This document shows positions 1 through 8,934 of a stretch of DNA of 64,000 nucleotides, piece by piece (the stretch's first letter is position 1; every line of letters begins with the position of its first letter). The translations under genes and the position numbers were made by a program. This DNA is from Pseudomonas phage BRkr. Where the stretch lies: the sequence record LC765218.1, one strand, 5' to 3'. The notes beneath the pieces were generated by a model. The model was not told the origin of the DNA and ran no database searches. It saw only the letters and a list, made by a program, of their open reading frames with translations.

Positions 1-380
1 TACCTCTTCCAACTACTAATGAAGTCAAATTTTTGTTGACTCCGTTCAACAATTATAAACTGACTGTACCGCCGTCTCGTGGTCACTACTTCATCGGGTT
101 GACTGAAGTCACTGCTTACATTAACCCAGGTAACATGGGTATCATCGTACCCAGTTGCGATCACCTGATGGGTATCTCTCGCACTAGCAATAGTTCAGGC
201 GATTACACTGAAGTTCAATACATGGCAACTGATGAACTTGTTCCGAACGGTGCTCGTGTGTGGGTTGATGGCGGTAGTATCCATTATGAATCTGATGGTG
301 ATGACGCCCGTGCCGAATCTGGTATCATTCTCCAAGTAACTGCAAAGTTCCTAAAGGTAGTTGAAGATGACAATCTCTGA
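1..380 (+). CDS. hypothetical protein, 5' truncated (reading frame open from window start)
   Basis: ORF frame 3 has no stop from nt 3; first listed start is TTG at 33. Confidence 0.45.
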   Translation, partial: PLPTTNEVKFLLTPFNNYKLTVPPSRGHYFIGLTEVTAYINPGNMGIIVPSCDHLMGISRTSNSSGDYTEVQYMATDELVPNGARVWVDGGSIHYESDGDDARAESGIILQVTAKFLKVVEDDNL

Positions 381-705
381 AATCGTAAGTCGTAACCTAC
401 TGCAATCCACTGGTGCTTGGGCAGTCGTCCATAACCGTGCTACCATGAACTTCATTGCTATCGGTCATGACCGTAAGGTTATTAAAGGTATCAGTCTGGG
501 TTATCCGGTGAATGTTGGTGATGTCGATTTCAGTCATGTCGTGGATGTCCCTATGACCTTCGAAATCAGTTATCAAAATGATCCTCATCTGGGTCATCCT
601 ACTGGTAATATGGAAGCTCTTCTGAAAGCTATTGAAGAAACTACCCATAAAACTCTAGGTCTTCCTAGCAAGTTGACCGTAGCTTCTAACGATGGAGGTG
701 TTTAA
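367..705 (+). CDS. hypothetical protein
   Basis: ATG at 367 (track start 361 is TTG); stop overlaps td start (TAATG). Confidence 0.5.
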   Translation: MTISEIVSRNLLQSTGAWAVVHNRATMNFIAIGHDRKVIKGISLGYPVNVGDVDFSHVVDVPMTFEISYQNDPHLGHPTGNMEALLKAIEETTHKTLGLPSKLTVASNDGGV

Positions 706-2048
706 TGCATCAGTATCTACAACTACTTGAAGATACCCAGAAGTACGGTGTATTTAAAGGTGACCGTACTGGTACGGGTACTACCTCTTTGTTCGGTAGA
801 CAGTTCCGCTATGATCTTCGTAACGGTAACCTCCCTGTAGTGACCACCAAGAAGATTCATCTTCCGTCGGTTGAAGAAGAACTCAACTGGATGAAGTCTG
901 GTGACACTCGCCTTGAGTATCTCCTGAGCAAGAACGTTACCATTTGGAATGAATGGGTTAAACCAGGTACTGAAGTATTTGAAATTGTTTCTGATGAGTG
1001 GTTAACCACGGCTGTTCAGAAAAAGTTCAAAAACGTTCCATTTGAAATGCACTTCAGTAATGAGATCGGTGATGTTGATTGGAAGTGGCTTGAACCCGAG
1101 CAGGGTACCCCAGCTAAACTTCTGATTAATCTGAAGACGTGGGCCGATACGGAACGCTTTGGTCCTGGTCCTAGTGCTTATGATTATTACGGCATGGCTC
1201 TACGTGTTTATCGCATCACTATTGGCGATGCAAAGATCGTAGTCAAAGACAAAGATGGTTCTCTTGTTGCTTACCGTTTAATCGGTGGTGACCTTGGTCC
1301 TGTCTACGGCAAGACATGGCGTGATATCGATGACGTTCGAATTGTCCCCAAAGTCGACTGGGTTAACTACGAGAAACGTGGTTTTAAATTCGTGGTAGAC
1401 GTACCTGGTGAAGACTATACTAAAGACGAGTGTGTTATTCGTCGACATGTGGATCAGGTTCAGGAACTCTTGTATCAGTTGGAGCATAATCCGGATAGTC
1501 GTCGTCTGATTATCTGCGCTTGGGATCCTCGGTTGGTTGAAGATCAAGCACTACCTCCATGCCACGCATTTATTCAGTTCTGGACTCGTGAGCTGACTCT
1601 AGAAGAACGTTATGAATGGGCGCAGGAAAATGATCCAGAATCACAGAACATTTATCTAGAGGATCAGCAACCTGAAACTGGACACGAGCTATGGGATAAA
1701 CTCGGGGTTCCGAAACGAGCTATCAGTTGCCAACTCTATCAAAGATCGGCGGACGAATTTTTGGGCGTGCCCTTTAACATCATGTTCTATTCGCTGATGA
1801 CCCATCAATTGGCGAACCAGTTTAACATGGTAGCAGAAGAGTTCATCTGGACTGGTGGTGACTGTCACATCTACAGTAACCATGAGGAACAGGTTACTCT
1901 GCAACGTTCGCGGAATACTTATCCTACTCCTACCATCCGCTTCAAGCCTGAGGCCAAAGGTAAACCTTTCCTTGATATCACTCGGGAAGATTACGAGATT
2001 CTGGATTATCAGTTCCATCCGCACATTGCTGGTAAAGTTGCTGTTTAA
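705..2048 (+). CDS. td: thymidylate synthase with two large insertions (447 aa)
   Basis: Motifs FGRQFRYDL, DLGPVYGKTWR, RRLIICAWDP, PPCHAFIQF, CQLYQRSADEFLGVPFNI; RBS GGAGG; ~110 aa and ~40 aa insertions relative to canonical ThyA. Confidence 0.9.
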   Translation: MHQYLQLLEDTQKYGVFKGDRTGTGTTSLFGRQFRYDLRNGNLPVVTTKKIHLPSVEEELNWMKSGDTRLEYLLSKNVTIWNEWVKPGTEVFEIVSDEWLTTAVQKKFKNVPFEMHFSNEIGDVDWKWLEPEQGTPAKLLINLKTWADTERFGPGPSAYDYYGMALRVYRITIGDAKIVVKDKDGSLVAYRLIGGDLGPVYGKTWRDIDDVRIVPKVDWVNYEKRGFKFVVDVPGEDYTKDECVIRRHVDQVQELLYQLEHNPDSRRLIICAWDPRLVEDQALPPCHAFIQFWTRELTLEERYEWAQENDPESQNIYLEDQQPETGHELWDKLGVPKRAISCQLYQRSADEFLGVPFNIMFYSLMTHQLANQFNMVAEEFIWTGGDCHIYSNHEEQVTLQRSRNTYPTPTIRFKPEAKGKPFLDITREDYEILDYQFHPHIAGKVAV

Positions 2049-2055
2049 CATAAAC

Positions 2056-2081
2056 GCCTCCCTTCGGGGAGGCTTTATTTT
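2056..2081 (+). terminator. rho-independent terminator hairpin GCCTCCC-TTCG-GGGAGGC + T-run
   Basis: perfect 7 bp stem, UUCG loop, TTTATTTT. Confidence 0.7.
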
Positions 2082-2101
2082 CCTTTGGAGGTATACTTCT
2101 T

Positions 2102-2509
2102 ATGAACAATATCGAACTTAAACATCAGCTTGAACTCGCCGTAGAACTGATGGGTGTAGACCCTGCTCCACTTAAAATCGGTATCGCTGGTGATCGAGTT
2201 GATACTGCAACACGATGCGGTATTTTCAATGGGAAAGATCCGGGTAGAGAATTCAGTATCGGTCTTGGAATTGTTAGCCGAAAGCAATGGCTTGAACTCA
2301 CTGATGATTCCCTGATTCTCAATAAACCAAATAAAGATCCGGTTGTCATTCCCTATGACGCTATCTATGAGTTGAACATTCCTCTGGAATATGGCGAACA
2401 AGCAGAAAAAGAAGGTTGGATGTATTACAACCTTCTCGGGGAATCGATGTTCATGTATTTGGATACCGGTAAAGAAGAGAAACTTCAACTAGCTAAGGTA
2501 GAAGCCTGA
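2102..2509 (+). CDS. hypothetical protein
   Basis: ATG with RBS GGAGG; ATGA overlap with next gene. Confidence 0.6.
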   Translation: MNNIELKHQLELAVELMGVDPAPLKIGIAGDRVDTATRCGIFNGKDPGREFSIGLGIVSRKQWLELTDDSLILNKPNKDPVVIPYDAIYELNIPLEYGEQAEKEGWMYYNLLGESMFMYLDTGKEEKLQLAKVEA

Positions 2510-3333
2510 TGGATCCACGACACCCAGTTAGCGATGAAATGCGCGCAACGGTAAACGCTGAACTTGACCGAATTGAGAGGAAGTACGGTGTAAAGATTAT
2601 TTACGCTTGTGAGTCTGGTAGTCGTGGTTGGGGTTTTGCTTCTACTAACAGTGACTATGATGTTCGTTTCATCTACGTTAACCATCCGAGTCATTACGTT
2701 CGTGTAGATAACGAAGGTCGTGACACTATCGAGGAGATGGTATCGAAAGAACTCGATCTAGCTGGTTGGAATATCACCAAGACTCTACAGTTGGCTTATA
2801 AGTCCAACCCAACTCTGTTGGAATGGCTAAACTCTCCGATCGTCTATCGGAAGAATCAATGGGACTACGATCTGATTCGTTCCTATGCCATCAAGCACTT
2901 CATTCCTGAATCGAGCTTCATGCATTATATCTCCATGGCCAAACAAACCAAGATGCGATGGCTGTCGGATGATAAGGTTCGAATGAAGAAATACTTCTAT
3001 GCTTTGCGTCCTCTACTTGCAGCATTGTGGGTAGAGACCAGTCGTGAACATCCACCCATGGTGTTCCATGAACTGTTGCCTATTCTGTCTGATCCTACTC
3101 TGTACAAGCGTATCCAAGAATTGGTTAACGCTAAGGTTGGAGCTACTGAGCAGGATCTCGTTGACCGTTGCCCAGTTCTTGATCGGTTCATTGATTTCCA
3201 TCTGGCTAAAGAGAAACCAAACTTCGGCGAATACGAACGTCCGGATATCTACAGGCTCAGTGAACTCGCTTGGCACTTCGTTGATCAATACAAGTTCGAC
3301 ACGTTCCAGTTACTACATGGTACTGAAAAATGA
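2509..3333 (+). CDS. nucleotidyltransferase-domain protein (Pol-beta superfamily-like)
   Basis: Motif ACESGSRGWGFASTNSDYDVRFIY typical of predicted nucleotidyltransferases (YcgL/COG3541-like). Confidence 0.55.
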   Translation: MDPRHPVSDEMRATVNAELDRIERKYGVKIIYACESGSRGWGFASTNSDYDVRFIYVNHPSHYVRVDNEGRDTIEEMVSKELDLAGWNITKTLQLAYKSNPTLLEWLNSPIVYRKNQWDYDLIRSYAIKHFIPESSFMHYISMAKQTKMRWLSDDKVRMKKYFYALRPLLAALWVETSREHPPMVFHELLPILSDPTLYKRIQELVNAKVGATEQDLVDRCPVLDRFIDFHLAKEKPNFGEYERPDIYRLSELAWHFVDQYKFDTFQLLHGTEK

Positions 3334-3920
3334 ACGGCGGATTAGAGATGGCTATTATAAATGCAGCAGCGGCACGTTCCCCACACGGTTACAGTGAATC
3401 CATCGGCTGTAAGATAACTACCCGTAAGGAACCGTACGTGCCTATTTCCAAATGGGTTAAATTACGGTGTGTCGTATTGTATCTACTCTGTCTGTTATTC
3501 TTGAGTGGCGCAATCTACAACAGCTTGTATTCGGAATACGTAACCAAACGTAAGACGGAGGTGATTCTAACTTGGAAGTGGGAGGAATCTTACAAGTACA
3601 AGAATGGCGTTTATACCGAACTAATGAGTCGTTGGGAAGGGAAGATGAAAGGAAAACCTTTCGTCTATGAAACCAAGCTGGATAATTACACCTATCACCA
3701 TGTTCCCGTAGGTACAAATTATGTCCTCGATATCGCCCCGCGCGATGTTGATGAAAGTAATAGCCTATGGATTATCATGAGCTTGGTATGGGCAGCTTTA
3801 GCTGCCATCTTGGGTGGACCTGCAATGTGGTTCAGTGTGAGACCATGGTTTGTTGATGTAGAACTCCGGAGGAAAGAGAAAGAATGTGCTATGAAAGAAG
3901 AATCATCCCACTCGCAATAA
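3330..3920 (+). CDS. membrane protein (2 predicted TM segments)
   Basis: ATGA overlap; hydrophobic segments VVLYLLCLLFLSGAIY and WIIMSLVWAALAAILGG. Confidence 0.5.
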   Translation: MNGGLEMAIINAAAARSPHGYSESIGCKITTRKEPYVPISKWVKLRCVVLYLLCLLFLSGAIYNSLYSEYVTKRKTEVILTWKWEESYKYKNGVYTELMSRWEGKMKGKPFVYETKLDNYTYHHVPVGTNYVLDIAPRDVDESNSLWIIMSLVWAALAAILGGPAMWFSVRPWFVDVELRRKEKECAMKEESSHSQ

Positions 3921-4270
3921 ACTCTTATCCTCTTCCAGCGTTCTTATGGAATGAGCGGTGCCTTCGGGCACCAAAGCCCTTCATGATCGATGGCTACTAT
4001 CACATACCTCCCTATCGTAGGGTAAGACCGGGATTTATAGTTGTTCCTACTGGCTTCACGACAACGCCTAGTACCGTAAGAGATGTAGTTGAGCCTCTAC
4101 GCGGTCGAGTGCGTAATACCAATAAGGCTATTGACAATTTACTCAAAAGTCTTATCTAATACGGACATGCATGACATTACTCTACATGTCCTTGGAATTC
4201 TGCGATCCCGACCTTGGCACAACGTTAAATCGTTGAATTCCTAAACCTTAAAACATCCGGAGCGTCTACA

Positions 4271-5524
4271 ATGACTACTCAAAATTACGTTATGCTGAAC
4301 GAACAAAATGAATTCCCAATCAAAGGCTGGGTTAAGGGCGTACCGGTTGAAGCCGATGCTAAGCGTCAGCTGAAAAACATTGCGGGACTCCCGTTCATTT
4401 ACAAGCATTTGGCAGTAATGCCTGATGTCCATCTTGGGACCGGTGCTACCATCGGTTCTGTTATCGCTACTCGGGGTGCAATCATTCCGTCTGCGGTAGG
4501 GGTCGATATTGGGTGCGGAATGGCCTGCCAGCTGACTGATCTGACAGCTAACGACATGACTCGTGGCCTACAACATCTTCGATATAGAATCGAGTCCCGT
4601 ATCCCCCATGGTCGTACTGACAATGGCGGACCTAACGACCGTGGTGCATGGAGTGACTTCAACCTCGTTTACAAGAAACTCGAACCAGAACTCCAAGTTC
4701 AGGTTAAGAAGCTTGAAGAGGAACTGAAGCTCATTGTAGCTAAACACCCCAAACTGGGTAAAGCAGCTAACCGTGCGTTCAACCATGCTGGTACCCTCGG
4801 CACTGGTAACCACTTCGTCGAAATCTGTCTGGATGAACAAGATCGAGTTTGGATCATGCTCCATTCGGGTTCTCGTGGGATCGGTAACGCTATTGGTCGG
4901 TACTTCATCGAGAAAGCAAAAGAGGAGATGCGGCTCTACCACATCAACCTGCCTGATCAGGACCTCGCTTATCTGCCGGAAGGTACCAAGTACTACAACG
5001 ATTACATCGAAGCTGTACATTGGGCTCAGCGTTATGCAGCACTCAACCGTACCATCATGATGCGGGCGACCATTGAGGCTGTAGCTGATTACATGGGTCG
5101 TCCAATCAATACCAGTCTCACTGCGGTCAACTGCCACCACAACTACGTGTCGTTCGAGAATCACTTCGGTGCGAAAGTATCCGTTACTCGTAAAGGCGCT
5201 GTACGGGCAGATGAAGGCATGTATGGTATTATCCCTGGATCGATGGGTGCAAAGAGCTTCATCGTGAAAGGTAAAGGGAACCGCGAGTCCTTCTGTTCGT
5301 GTTCGCACGGAGCAGGACGTGTCATGTCCCGAACCCAAGCCGCTAAGACTTTCACTCTTGAAGATCATGCTCGTGATACTGCCGGTATAGAATGCCGGAA
5401 AGACATTGACGTAATCGACGAGACTCCAAAGGCTTATAAGAACATCGAAGACGTAATGGCTGCTCAGGATGACCTCATTGAGATCGTCCACACCCTGCGT
5501 CAAATTGTTTGCGTCAAGGGCTAA
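4271..5524 (+). CDS. rtcB: RtcB RNA-splicing ligase (3'-phosphate/5'-OH RNA ligase)
   Basis: Motifs MPDVHLGTGATIGSV, GVDIGCGM, NHAGTLGTGNHFVEI, SCSHGAGR; RBS GGAG. Confidence 0.9.
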   Translation: MTTQNYVMLNEQNEFPIKGWVKGVPVEADAKRQLKNIAGLPFIYKHLAVMPDVHLGTGATIGSVIATRGAIIPSAVGVDIGCGMACQLTDLTANDMTRGLQHLRYRIESRIPHGRTDNGGPNDRGAWSDFNLVYKKLEPELQVQVKKLEEELKLIVAKHPKLGKAANRAFNHAGTLGTGNHFVEICLDEQDRVWIMLHSGSRGIGNAIGRYFIEKAKEEMRLYHINLPDQDLAYLPEGTKYYNDYIEAVHWAQRYAALNRTIMMRATIEAVADYMGRPINTSLTAVNCHHNYVSFENHFGAKVSVTRKGAVRADEGMYGIIPGSMGAKSFIVKGKGNRESFCSCSHGAGRVMSRTQAAKTFTLEDHARDTAGIECRKDIDVIDETPKAYKNIEDVMAAQDDLIEIVHTLRQIVCVKG

Positions 5525-5531
5525 CCCGAAC

Positions 5532-5547
5532 GGGGACTTCGGTCCCC
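5532..5547 (+). terminator. hairpin GGGGAC-TTCG-GTCCCC
   Basis: 6 bp stem, UUCG loop, weak T tract. Confidence 0.5.
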
Positions 5548-5571
5548 ATAACTTTCCTAAAGGAAAAATAA

Positions 5572-6459
5572 ATGATTCGAATTACTCAGCTTCACGGTAA
5601 CGGCCTGGCAGATCACTACGATTGTCAGCCCTTTAAATTCCCTGGCGGTGAGATCGGTATCAAGATCCCTCTGAAAGATCACAGAAAGAAAGGTGAACAA
5701 TTCATAGTCAATGCTTGGCTTCGTAATAGCGATGACATCATGGAACTGTTCCTGGTGTTCGATGCTATTCGTCGTCAACGTATTCGTCCTGAAATGCACC
5801 TGGTTATTGGTTATCTGCCGTATGCACGACAAGATCGTGTTTGCGATGAAGGTGAACCTTTGTCGATCAGTGTGATGACTAGCTTGATCAACGCATTGGA
5901 TGCTACATCCGTGTGTTTGTACGATCCGCACAGCAATGTGTCGCTACCGCTCATCAACAACTGTCGTGAAATCACCCAAGCTGATATTATCAAGAGCTGG
6001 GTATGTGTAGAAGGACAACTTCTGGAAACTCCACAAGAATGGTGGTTGGTTGCCCCTGATGAAGGTGCACGTAAAAAGATCGAAGCCATTGCAAAAGAGA
6101 TTGGCGCTGCTGGCGTACTCTACGCTTGCAAGAACCGTGAACTGTCGACTGGTAAGATCACCCATACGTCTTTGTTGAATGCCCATGATGTTCCTCGGTT
6201 AGCAAAGCTGTTGGTTATCGATGACATCTGTGATGGTGGCCGCACGTTCATTGAACTTGCTAAGGTTATCCACGAACAGTGCATCGTAGATCAACTGGGT
6301 CTGTTTGTAACCCATGGTATTTTCTCCAAGGGTTTCGACGAGCTGAACGAATACTACGACTATATCCAGACCACTAACACCTATCATCCTAACGCCGTAA
6401 ATGATTATCGGCATGATGGTGTACGTGACCCGAAATTCTTCTCCCATTCTGTTTTCTAA
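5572..6459 (+). CDS. ribose-phosphate pyrophosphokinase (PRPP synthetase) family protein; candidate ADP-ribose pyrophosphokinase
   Basis: Motifs GYLPYARQDR, LYDPHS (DLHA equivalent), LLVIDDICDGGRTF PRTase loop; RBS AAGGA. Confidence 0.85.
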   Translation: MIRITQLHGNGLADHYDCQPFKFPGGEIGIKIPLKDHRKKGEQFIVNAWLRNSDDIMELFLVFDAIRRQRIRPEMHLVIGYLPYARQDRVCDEGEPLSISVMTSLINALDATSVCLYDPHSNVSLPLINNCREITQADIIKSWVCVEGQLLETPQEWWLVAPDEGARKKIEAIAKEIGAAGVLYACKNRELSTGKITHTSLLNAHDVPRLAKLLVIDDICDGGRTFIELAKVIHEQCIVDQLGLFVTHGIFSKGFDELNEYYDYIQTTNTYHPNAVNDYRHDGVRDPKFFSHSVF

Positions 6460-6475
6460 TCCGAGGATCAAAAAT

Positions 6476-8242
6476 ATGTCTAATGCTCTCTATGCTGCAA
6501 CTGCTACTGACTGCTACAAACCCGGTCATGGTGCTCTGTACCCGAAAGGTACTGAACGTAAATATGCTAACTTCACCCCGCGCTCTGCTAAGCAGTTCCT
6601 GCGGTCGAAGTCTTGCTCTGCGTTCTACGATAACAAAGTCGTTAACTTCGGGTTGCAAGGTACCTGGCACGAACTGGTAGAACTGTGGGATCGCACCTTC
6701 TTCAATCTGCCTCGTGAAATTGCCGTCAAACGTGCACAACGTCGTTTCGACAACATGTGCGGTAAAGGCGTAATCAAACATGAGTGTCTGTACAAACTAC
6801 ATGAACTGGGTTATCTGCCTCTGACTGTACTGGCTATTGATGAAGGTGAACGTGTTAACATTGGTGTTCCAACTTTCGTAGTTTACAACAGTCTGGATGA
6901 CGATGATCATTACTGGCTGGTGAACTATCTGGAAACCATCGTTAGTTCGTACAACTGGAAAATGATTTGCAACGCAACCATCGCTGCTGAATACCAACGT
7001 GTATTGAACCATTATGCTGACCGTACTTGCGATAACCGTGAGCACGTTAAGTTCCAAGCACATGATTTCAGCTTCCGTGGTATGAGTGGCCCTGAAGATG
7101 CAATGCGTTCTGGCTCGGCTCACCTGACTAGCTTCGCTGGTACTGATACCATCCCGGCACTTGATTACGCTGAGATGTATTACGGTGCTAATAGCGATAC
7201 TGAACTGTTGGGTGCTTCGGTTACTGCAACCGAACACGCTGTAGCCACTACCAACATCCTGTACCGTTTGCAAATGAAGATCAACTTCCTCAAAGAGGAA
7301 GGTACTGTGATCACGCCGGAACTGCATGACAAACTGCGACTGGAAGCTGAACGTGACTACATTCTGGAGATCATTCTTCAGAAAGTTCCGGAAGGCATCA
7401 TCTCGCTGGTCTGTGATTCCTTCGACTTCTGGGGTGTTATCTCTGATGTTCTCCCGAGCATCCGTGCAGAAATCGAAAGTCGTCTGAAGAATGAACTTGG
7501 CCTTGCCAGGGTTGTTGTTCGTCCTGACTCCGGTGATCCGGTTAAAGTTATTACTGGCTACATGGCTTACCCGACTGAGTTTGCAGATCGCGCTGATTTC
7601 GAGAAGCACATCGGTGAACTGGGGTCCATTGAGTTCAGTGGCTACGAAGTTGTACGTATCGCAGGCGAATACTACGAGATCAATCACATTGCTTCGTTGC
7701 TCTCCGATTTCCTGTCTGAAAAGACTATCCCGGAAGTTGAAGTACGTGGTGCGATTGAAGTCCTGTGGGATTCCTTTGGCGGTACTGTTAACGGTAAAGG
7801 CTTCAAATGCCTGAACGAATATGTTGGCCTGATCTATGGCGATTCGATTACTGTAGAACGTACCGAGCAGATCATGTCTCGCTTGGAACGTAAAGGCTAC
7901 GCCTCTAGTAACGTCGTTCTCGGTATTGGTAGCTACACCTATCAGTACAACACTCGCGATACGTTCGGTATGGCCGTTAAAGCCACTGCTGTTCAGATCG
8001 AAGAGGAATTCGTAGAGCTGTATAAAGATCCAAAAGCTGCATCTAGTAAGAAGTCTGCAAAAGGTTTCCTTCGTGTAATTAAAGATGAAGAAGGTAACTT
8101 CGTTCTTGAACAAGAAGCCGACATGTCTTGGGCGACTCTGGAGACAGAATCCGGCGAATTGAAGCTGTTCTTTAAGAATGGTGAATTCTACAAGAACGAC
8201 ACGATGGCAAAAATCCGGGAACGGATTGCGACCTCTCTGTAA
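6476..8242 (+). CDS. nicotinamide phosphoribosyltransferase (NAMPT/NadV) family protein
   Basis: Motif HDFSFRGMSGPEDAMRSGSAHLTSFAGTDT matches NAMPT active-site region; RBS AGGAT; ATG at 6476 (track start 6401 lies inside previous gene). Confidence 0.9.
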   Translation: MSNALYAATATDCYKPGHGALYPKGTERKYANFTPRSAKQFLRSKSCSAFYDNKVVNFGLQGTWHELVELWDRTFFNLPREIAVKRAQRRFDNMCGKGVIKHECLYKLHELGYLPLTVLAIDEGERVNIGVPTFVVYNSLDDDDHYWLVNYLETIVSSYNWKMICNATIAAEYQRVLNHYADRTCDNREHVKFQAHDFSFRGMSGPEDAMRSGSAHLTSFAGTDTIPALDYAEMYYGANSDTELLGASVTATEHAVATTNILYRLQMKINFLKEEGTVITPELHDKLRLEAERDYILEIILQKVPEGIISLVCDSFDFWGVISDVLPSIRAEIESRLKNELGLARVVVRPDSGDPVKVITGYMAYPTEFADRADFEKHIGELGSIEFSGYEVVRIAGEYYEINHIASLLSDFLSEKTIPEVEVRGAIEVLWDSFGGTVNGKGFKCLNEYVGLIYGDSITVERTEQIMSRLERKGYASSNVVLGIGSYTYQYNTRDTFGMAVKATAVQIEEEFVELYKDPKAASSKKSAKGFLRVIKDEEGNFVLEQEADMSWATLETESGELKLFFKNGEFYKNDTMAKIRERIATSL

Positions 8243-8250
8243 TAGACATG

Positions 8251-8273
8251 GGGAGCTTCGGCTCCCCTTTATG
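8251..8273 (+). terminator. hairpin GGGGAGC-TTCG-GCTCCCC + TTTAT
   Basis: perfect stem, UUCG loop. Confidence 0.7.
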
Positions 8274-8293
8274 TCATAAAAAAGATTTCAAAT

Positions 8294-8302
8294 CTATATT
8301 AC
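8294..8302 (+). promoter_or_regulatory. conserved intergenic motif CTATATTAC (candidate phage promoter), about 30 nt upstream of ATG 8332
   Basis: same 9-mer recurs at 7 intergenic sites, always after a terminator and before a start codon. Confidence 0.45.
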
Positions 8303-8331
8303 TCTCTTGTATCCACAACGAGGTAACTGCA

Positions 8332-8730
8332 ATGTCGAATAAAGACCGTTTAGATGAAAAGAAAGAATGGCAAGAATCGAACCCAGTTCTCAATGAGTTC
8401 TGCTGGACTATAAGTCGTACCATGGGCGACGTAGCACGTACCAGTGACGACCGTACTCCCATTGTCGATATCCCTGCTGGAAAGACTTATGAAATCACTA
8501 CCAACCAGGAGAACGATATTTATAATGTCGGTCTTGAAACTGGTATGGTGAACTTCGTTGATCACCTACGCGAGAATGGTTACAAGATCATCTCGCCGGT
8601 AAGTGGGCATCCTGTCCCATTTGAGCAAGCTGTAACCTTGGTAAATAGCACAGAGCAGGTCGTACAAGAACTACCTGGTAAGTCTTTCGTTGAAACCTTC
8701 TATGATTATAACTGGGGTGTGAATACATGA
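8332..8730 (+). CDS. hypothetical protein (C-terminus ...NWGVNT)
   Basis: ATG with RBS GAGGT; ATGA overlap with next ORF. Confidence 0.6.
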   Translation: MSNKDRLDEKKEWQESNPVLNEFCWTISRTMGDVARTSDDRTPIVDIPAGKTYEITTNQENDIYNVGLETGMVNFVDHLRENGYKIISPVSGHPVPFEQAVTLVNSTEQVVQELPGKSFVETFYDYNWGVNT

Positions 8731-8933
8731 TCGCAGCGCCGCCGACACCGGGTAAAGTAACGATAGATGGTTTACGTCGAACGTTGTCAGATCAGATTGA
8801 AGCTGAAATTTCATTGGCTTGTCGTGAAATTGAACTGACAGACATTCGTTATGTAGATCAAAAAGAAATACTCGAAATAGTGCGGCGGTTCCGTAATGAC
8901 GTTCGCACAACCATCACTGATAAAGGTAAATAA
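8727..8933 (+). CDS. hypothetical small protein
   Basis: ATGA coupling upstream; stop 1 nt before ligase start. Confidence 0.5.
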   Translation: MIAAPPTPGKVTIDGLRRTLSDQIEAEISLACREIELTDIRYVDQKEILEIVRRFRNDVRTTITDKGK

Positions 8934-8934
8934 A

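Noticed and set aside
367-705. Possible dihydrofolate reductase (frd precedes td in T4)
   Set aside because: None of the DHFR signature motifs are present (the IGxxxxxPW region and the conserved Thr/Glu-containing motifs). The protein is too short. It is left as hypothetical.
705-2048. Group I intron in td, as in T4
   Set aside because: The reading frame is continuous through all catalytic motifs. The extra length is internal protein insertions, not an interrupting non-coding element.
3884-4159. 91-aa ORF overlapping the end of 3330..3920 in the RtcB upstream region
   Set aside because: No RBS was found. It has an odd composition and overlaps the preceding gene by 37 nt. It was not annotated; the region may instead hold regulatory sequence for rtcB.
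4568-5503. 311-aa ORF on the minus strand
   Set aside because: It is entirely antisense to the well-supported rtcB gene and has no RBS. The same reasoning applies to the other long antisense ORFs: 6797..8113 (within the NAMPT gene), 9481..10350 (within the RNA ligase gene), 23409..24077 (SPFH), 26805..27398, 35458..36009 and 41720..42214. All are shadow ORFs of + strand genes.
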